Source of the DNA: Neocallimastix sp. 'constans'
Taxonomy: Eukaryota
Direction of reading: 5' to 3'
DNA length: 64,000 bases
Assembly (NCBI GenBank): GCA_050613775.1
Contig: JBODTK010000115.1
Span: forward strand, 372,001 to 436,000
A program made the position numbers and the translations under genes. The notes under the pieces were generated by a model that was given only the letters and a program-made list of their open reading frames with translations, was not told where the DNA came from and searched no databases. The number at the start of each line of letters is the position of its first letter. Position 1 is the stretch's first letter. Below are positions 60,609 to 64,000 of this stretch, one piece after another.

Positions 60609-61422
60609 TACAAAAAAAATAAAAAAAAAAAAAAAAAAATAAAAATAAAAATAAAAATAAAAATAAAGAAAAATAAAGAAAAATAAAGAAAAATAAATAT
60701 AAATAAAAAAAAATCCGTTAGTTAAAGTATTAATAAAATATTCATATTAATTTCATTTAAAAACCAAAAAAAAAAAAAGGTTACCTTTATAATAACTTTA
60801 GGTAAAGCTCTCTTTAATGCTTCTAAAGCATAGAATAATTCATTGGTATCACCCTTCATTGGTATATTGACAGCAATTTTATCTGGTTTATGAATTCTTA
60901 CATACTATTTTTAATAATTAATAAAAAAAATAAAAAAAAAAAAAAAAAAAAAAAAAATTGAAAATTAAAAAAAAAATAAAAATAAAAATAATTAATAAAA
61001 ATAAATTTGAGATGGAATTAAATTAAAAAAATAAATATATAATATATAATATTTTTAAATGAGTAAATAACAAATAAATGATATTTATAGTATTAATTAT
61101 GTATTAATAATAATAATAATAAATGTAATTACATTTTCTGGAATCTTTAATTTTGGAGCTAATACAATAGATTTAGCAATAGAATAAATATCAACTTCAA
61201 GCTATTTTATTAATTTAATATATATATATATTAATAAAGTTAATATATATGTTTATATATATAAGTATTTATATATGTGTATATATTATTTCTTTATTTT
61301 TAAAAAAAATTTTTTTTTTTTTTTTATTACTTACAGTTAATTTCTCAATAGCTTCAAGATCAATCTTAATTAAAACATAACATTCATTGGATCTAATAAC
61401 AACTTTAATGTATTCAGCAACC

Positions 61423-61521
<99 letters not shown>

Positions 61522-61595
61522 TTAATTGATTAATAATATTAATAAAATTTTATAATTATATAATTATTTAATTATTTTATTGAAAATTCTATACT

Positions 61596-61633
<38 letters not shown>

Positions 61634-62134
61634 TTATTGTTTTATTTTATTTTTTTTTTTTTTTTTTTATTTATTTATTTATTTAATTCTTATACTTACA
61701 TCTTCAATAATTGTCTTTTCAATTCTTCCCTTAACAATACGAGCTGATTTAACATCCGAAGTTTTATTTAATAAATCTGCAGAAATAATTGGAGTACTAA
61801 TATTCTTAGAGGCATTAATAATTTCCTTAATACGAGGTACACCAAGAGTAATATTCATACTGGCTACACCAGCAAAGTGGAAAGTCTTTAATGTCATTTG
61901 AGTACCTGGTTCACCAAGACTCTGACCACCAATAGCACCAACAGCAGTACCAGGTTCAATAATGGATTTTTTATATTTATTGTAACAAACAGATAAGAAA
62001 TGCTTCAATTGTTTTTTAGTAATCTTATTACAATTATCAAGAGCATTTTGAGTAGCAGCTTTTTATCAAAATATGAAGGAAAAAAAAAAATAGTAATAAT
62101 AAATAAGTAAATAAATAAAAACATTAATAAATGT

Positions 62135-62181
<47 letters not shown>

Positions 62182-63807
62182 ATCCGTTCTTTTTGTCTGT
62201 TTGTTTATTTGTTTGTTTAATATATATAAATATATTATTATTATCATTATTATTATTATTATTATATTTTACCATCAACACTTTCATCCATTGAATCTTC
62301 AGTTTCACAAGTTGGCATCTTTAAGCAAGCACGAAGTTGAACTAAAGATTTGATCTTAGATTCAATAAATTCTCTTAATAATCCACTGAATTTTTCAGAA
62401 TATAACTCTACTACACTCTTTTTACTTAATTCATCATCAAGTATCTTTTGAATTTCATAAGGTAATAATCCTTTTTCTTTCTTAGATGATGGATTTAATT
62501 GCTATAATTATAAGTAATAATAGATAATAGATAATAATAATATATATTATATAATAAATATAAAAACAACATTAAATTGTTATAATATATTTTTTAGATA
62601 ATACTATAAAATATTATATCTATTTATTATAATCATTATATATATTTCATTTATATATATATATTATTAATATACCTTAGAGGTAATAAAGCTTCTTTCA
62701 AAGTTAACTGGATGATCACCACCTTCCATATGAATTGGATCTAAACCATCATCACCATATTTAAATTGAATAATACCACCAGTAGAATTACGAACAGAAC
62801 CATCATAGTGAGTAACTAAATCTTCTAAAGCCTATTTAAATTTTTGAATTATGTATTAAAAAATATTAATAAATTATATCATTCATATACAATTGATAAA
62901 ATAATAGCATAGCAATAGCATAGCAATAATATTAAATAAATAAATAATTTAAAATAAAATAATAATAATAATACTATAAAATAAAAATAAAAATAAAAAT
63001 AAAAATAAAAATAAAAACAAAAATAAAAAATAAAATAAAAGTATAAAAAATATAAAAAATATAAAAAATATAAAAAAAAAAATAAAAAATAAAAAATAAA
63101 AAATATAAAAAATATAAAATAAAAAAATAAAAATAAATAAAAATAAATATATATATATATATATAATATTTATAATATTTATAATAAAAGAATAAGCATC
63201 TCTCCTAATTCTACCTTCATTAAACGTCTTTGCATATAACCAGTTTCAGCTGTCTTGACAGCAGTATCGACAAGACCTTCACGACCAGAAACAGCATGGA
63301 AGAAAAATTCATAAGGGGTAAGACCACTATAAAAACTATTTCTAACGAAACCTTTAGCTGGTGGAATCTTGGCTATTTAATATTTAAAGAAAAAGAAGGA
63401 ATAGATATAAATATATAGTAATAATATAATATAAATGATTAATATATATTTATATTAATTTTAATGCTTTTTTTTTTTCTTTTATTTATTTTATTTTTTT
63501 TTTTTTTTTTTTTTTTTTTATTTATTTTATTTTATTTTATTAATAATATATATTTACATTTTCTTGGGAAATGAGGTAATGATCTATCACCAAAACCATT
63601 TGGAATACGATTACCACTAATAATTTGTTGACCTACACAAGCAACCATCTGAGATACATTAATTTTTGAACCTAATTATTTATTTATTTATTTATTTATT
63701 ATATAAAAAAATAAAACCATAAAATAAATAAATTTTTAATATATATATATATTAATAAATAATTATTTAAAAATTAAAAAATTATTATATTTTATAGTAT
63801 TTCAAAA

Positions 63808-63868
<61 letters not shown>

Positions 63869-64000
63869 TATAATAATTGTTTGATTGATTGATTTAATTA
63901 CCTTTAGAACCACAGACAGACATAATAAGAGGAGCATTATGTCTATTTAATTCTTGGAAACAACATTGACCGACATCATCACGAATCTTACTTAATACAC
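59127..64000 (-). CDS. RPC1: RNA polymerase III largest subunit, 3' part (continues beyond window end)
   Basis: [97 protein letters not shown], which is Pol III-type. Confidence 0.97.
59197..59658 (-). other. U12-type AT-AC intron (last intron of RPC1)
   Basis: 5'ss ATATCCTTT; branch-like TCTTTAAC (59245-59238); ends in TAC. The junction gives [19 protein letters not shown] in frame. Confidence 0.85.

Overview
Extremely AT-rich eukaryotic genomic DNA with many microsatellites and intron-rich genes. It is most consistent with an anaerobic gut fungus (Neocallimastigomycota); this is inferred from composition, fungal-type housekeeping genes and a flagellar DRC8/EFCAB2 gene. From 1 to about 22.5 kb there is an array of six intronless small heat-shock protein (Hsp20) genes in alternating orientation, built from near-identical inverted and direct segmental repeats. 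The array carries three independent non-LTR (LINE) insertions: one amplified with the array, one nested, and one that appears to have replaced a seventh sHSP copy. It ends in a gene-less promoter relic. From 23 to 64 kb there are spliced single-copy genes: GOS1 (-), an Rrn9-like gene, DRC8/EFCAB2, a TLC-domain protein, CDC73, RPA1, PP2A B55/CDC55 and the 3' part of RPC1 (-). This region also holds a third LINE family and a MULE relic. The most notable signal is three minor-spliceosome (U12-type) introns: two GT-AG in the PP2A-B55 gene and one AT-AC in RPC1, all with unusually distant branch-point motifs. All annotations were made by eye, and exon limits are approximate unless stated.
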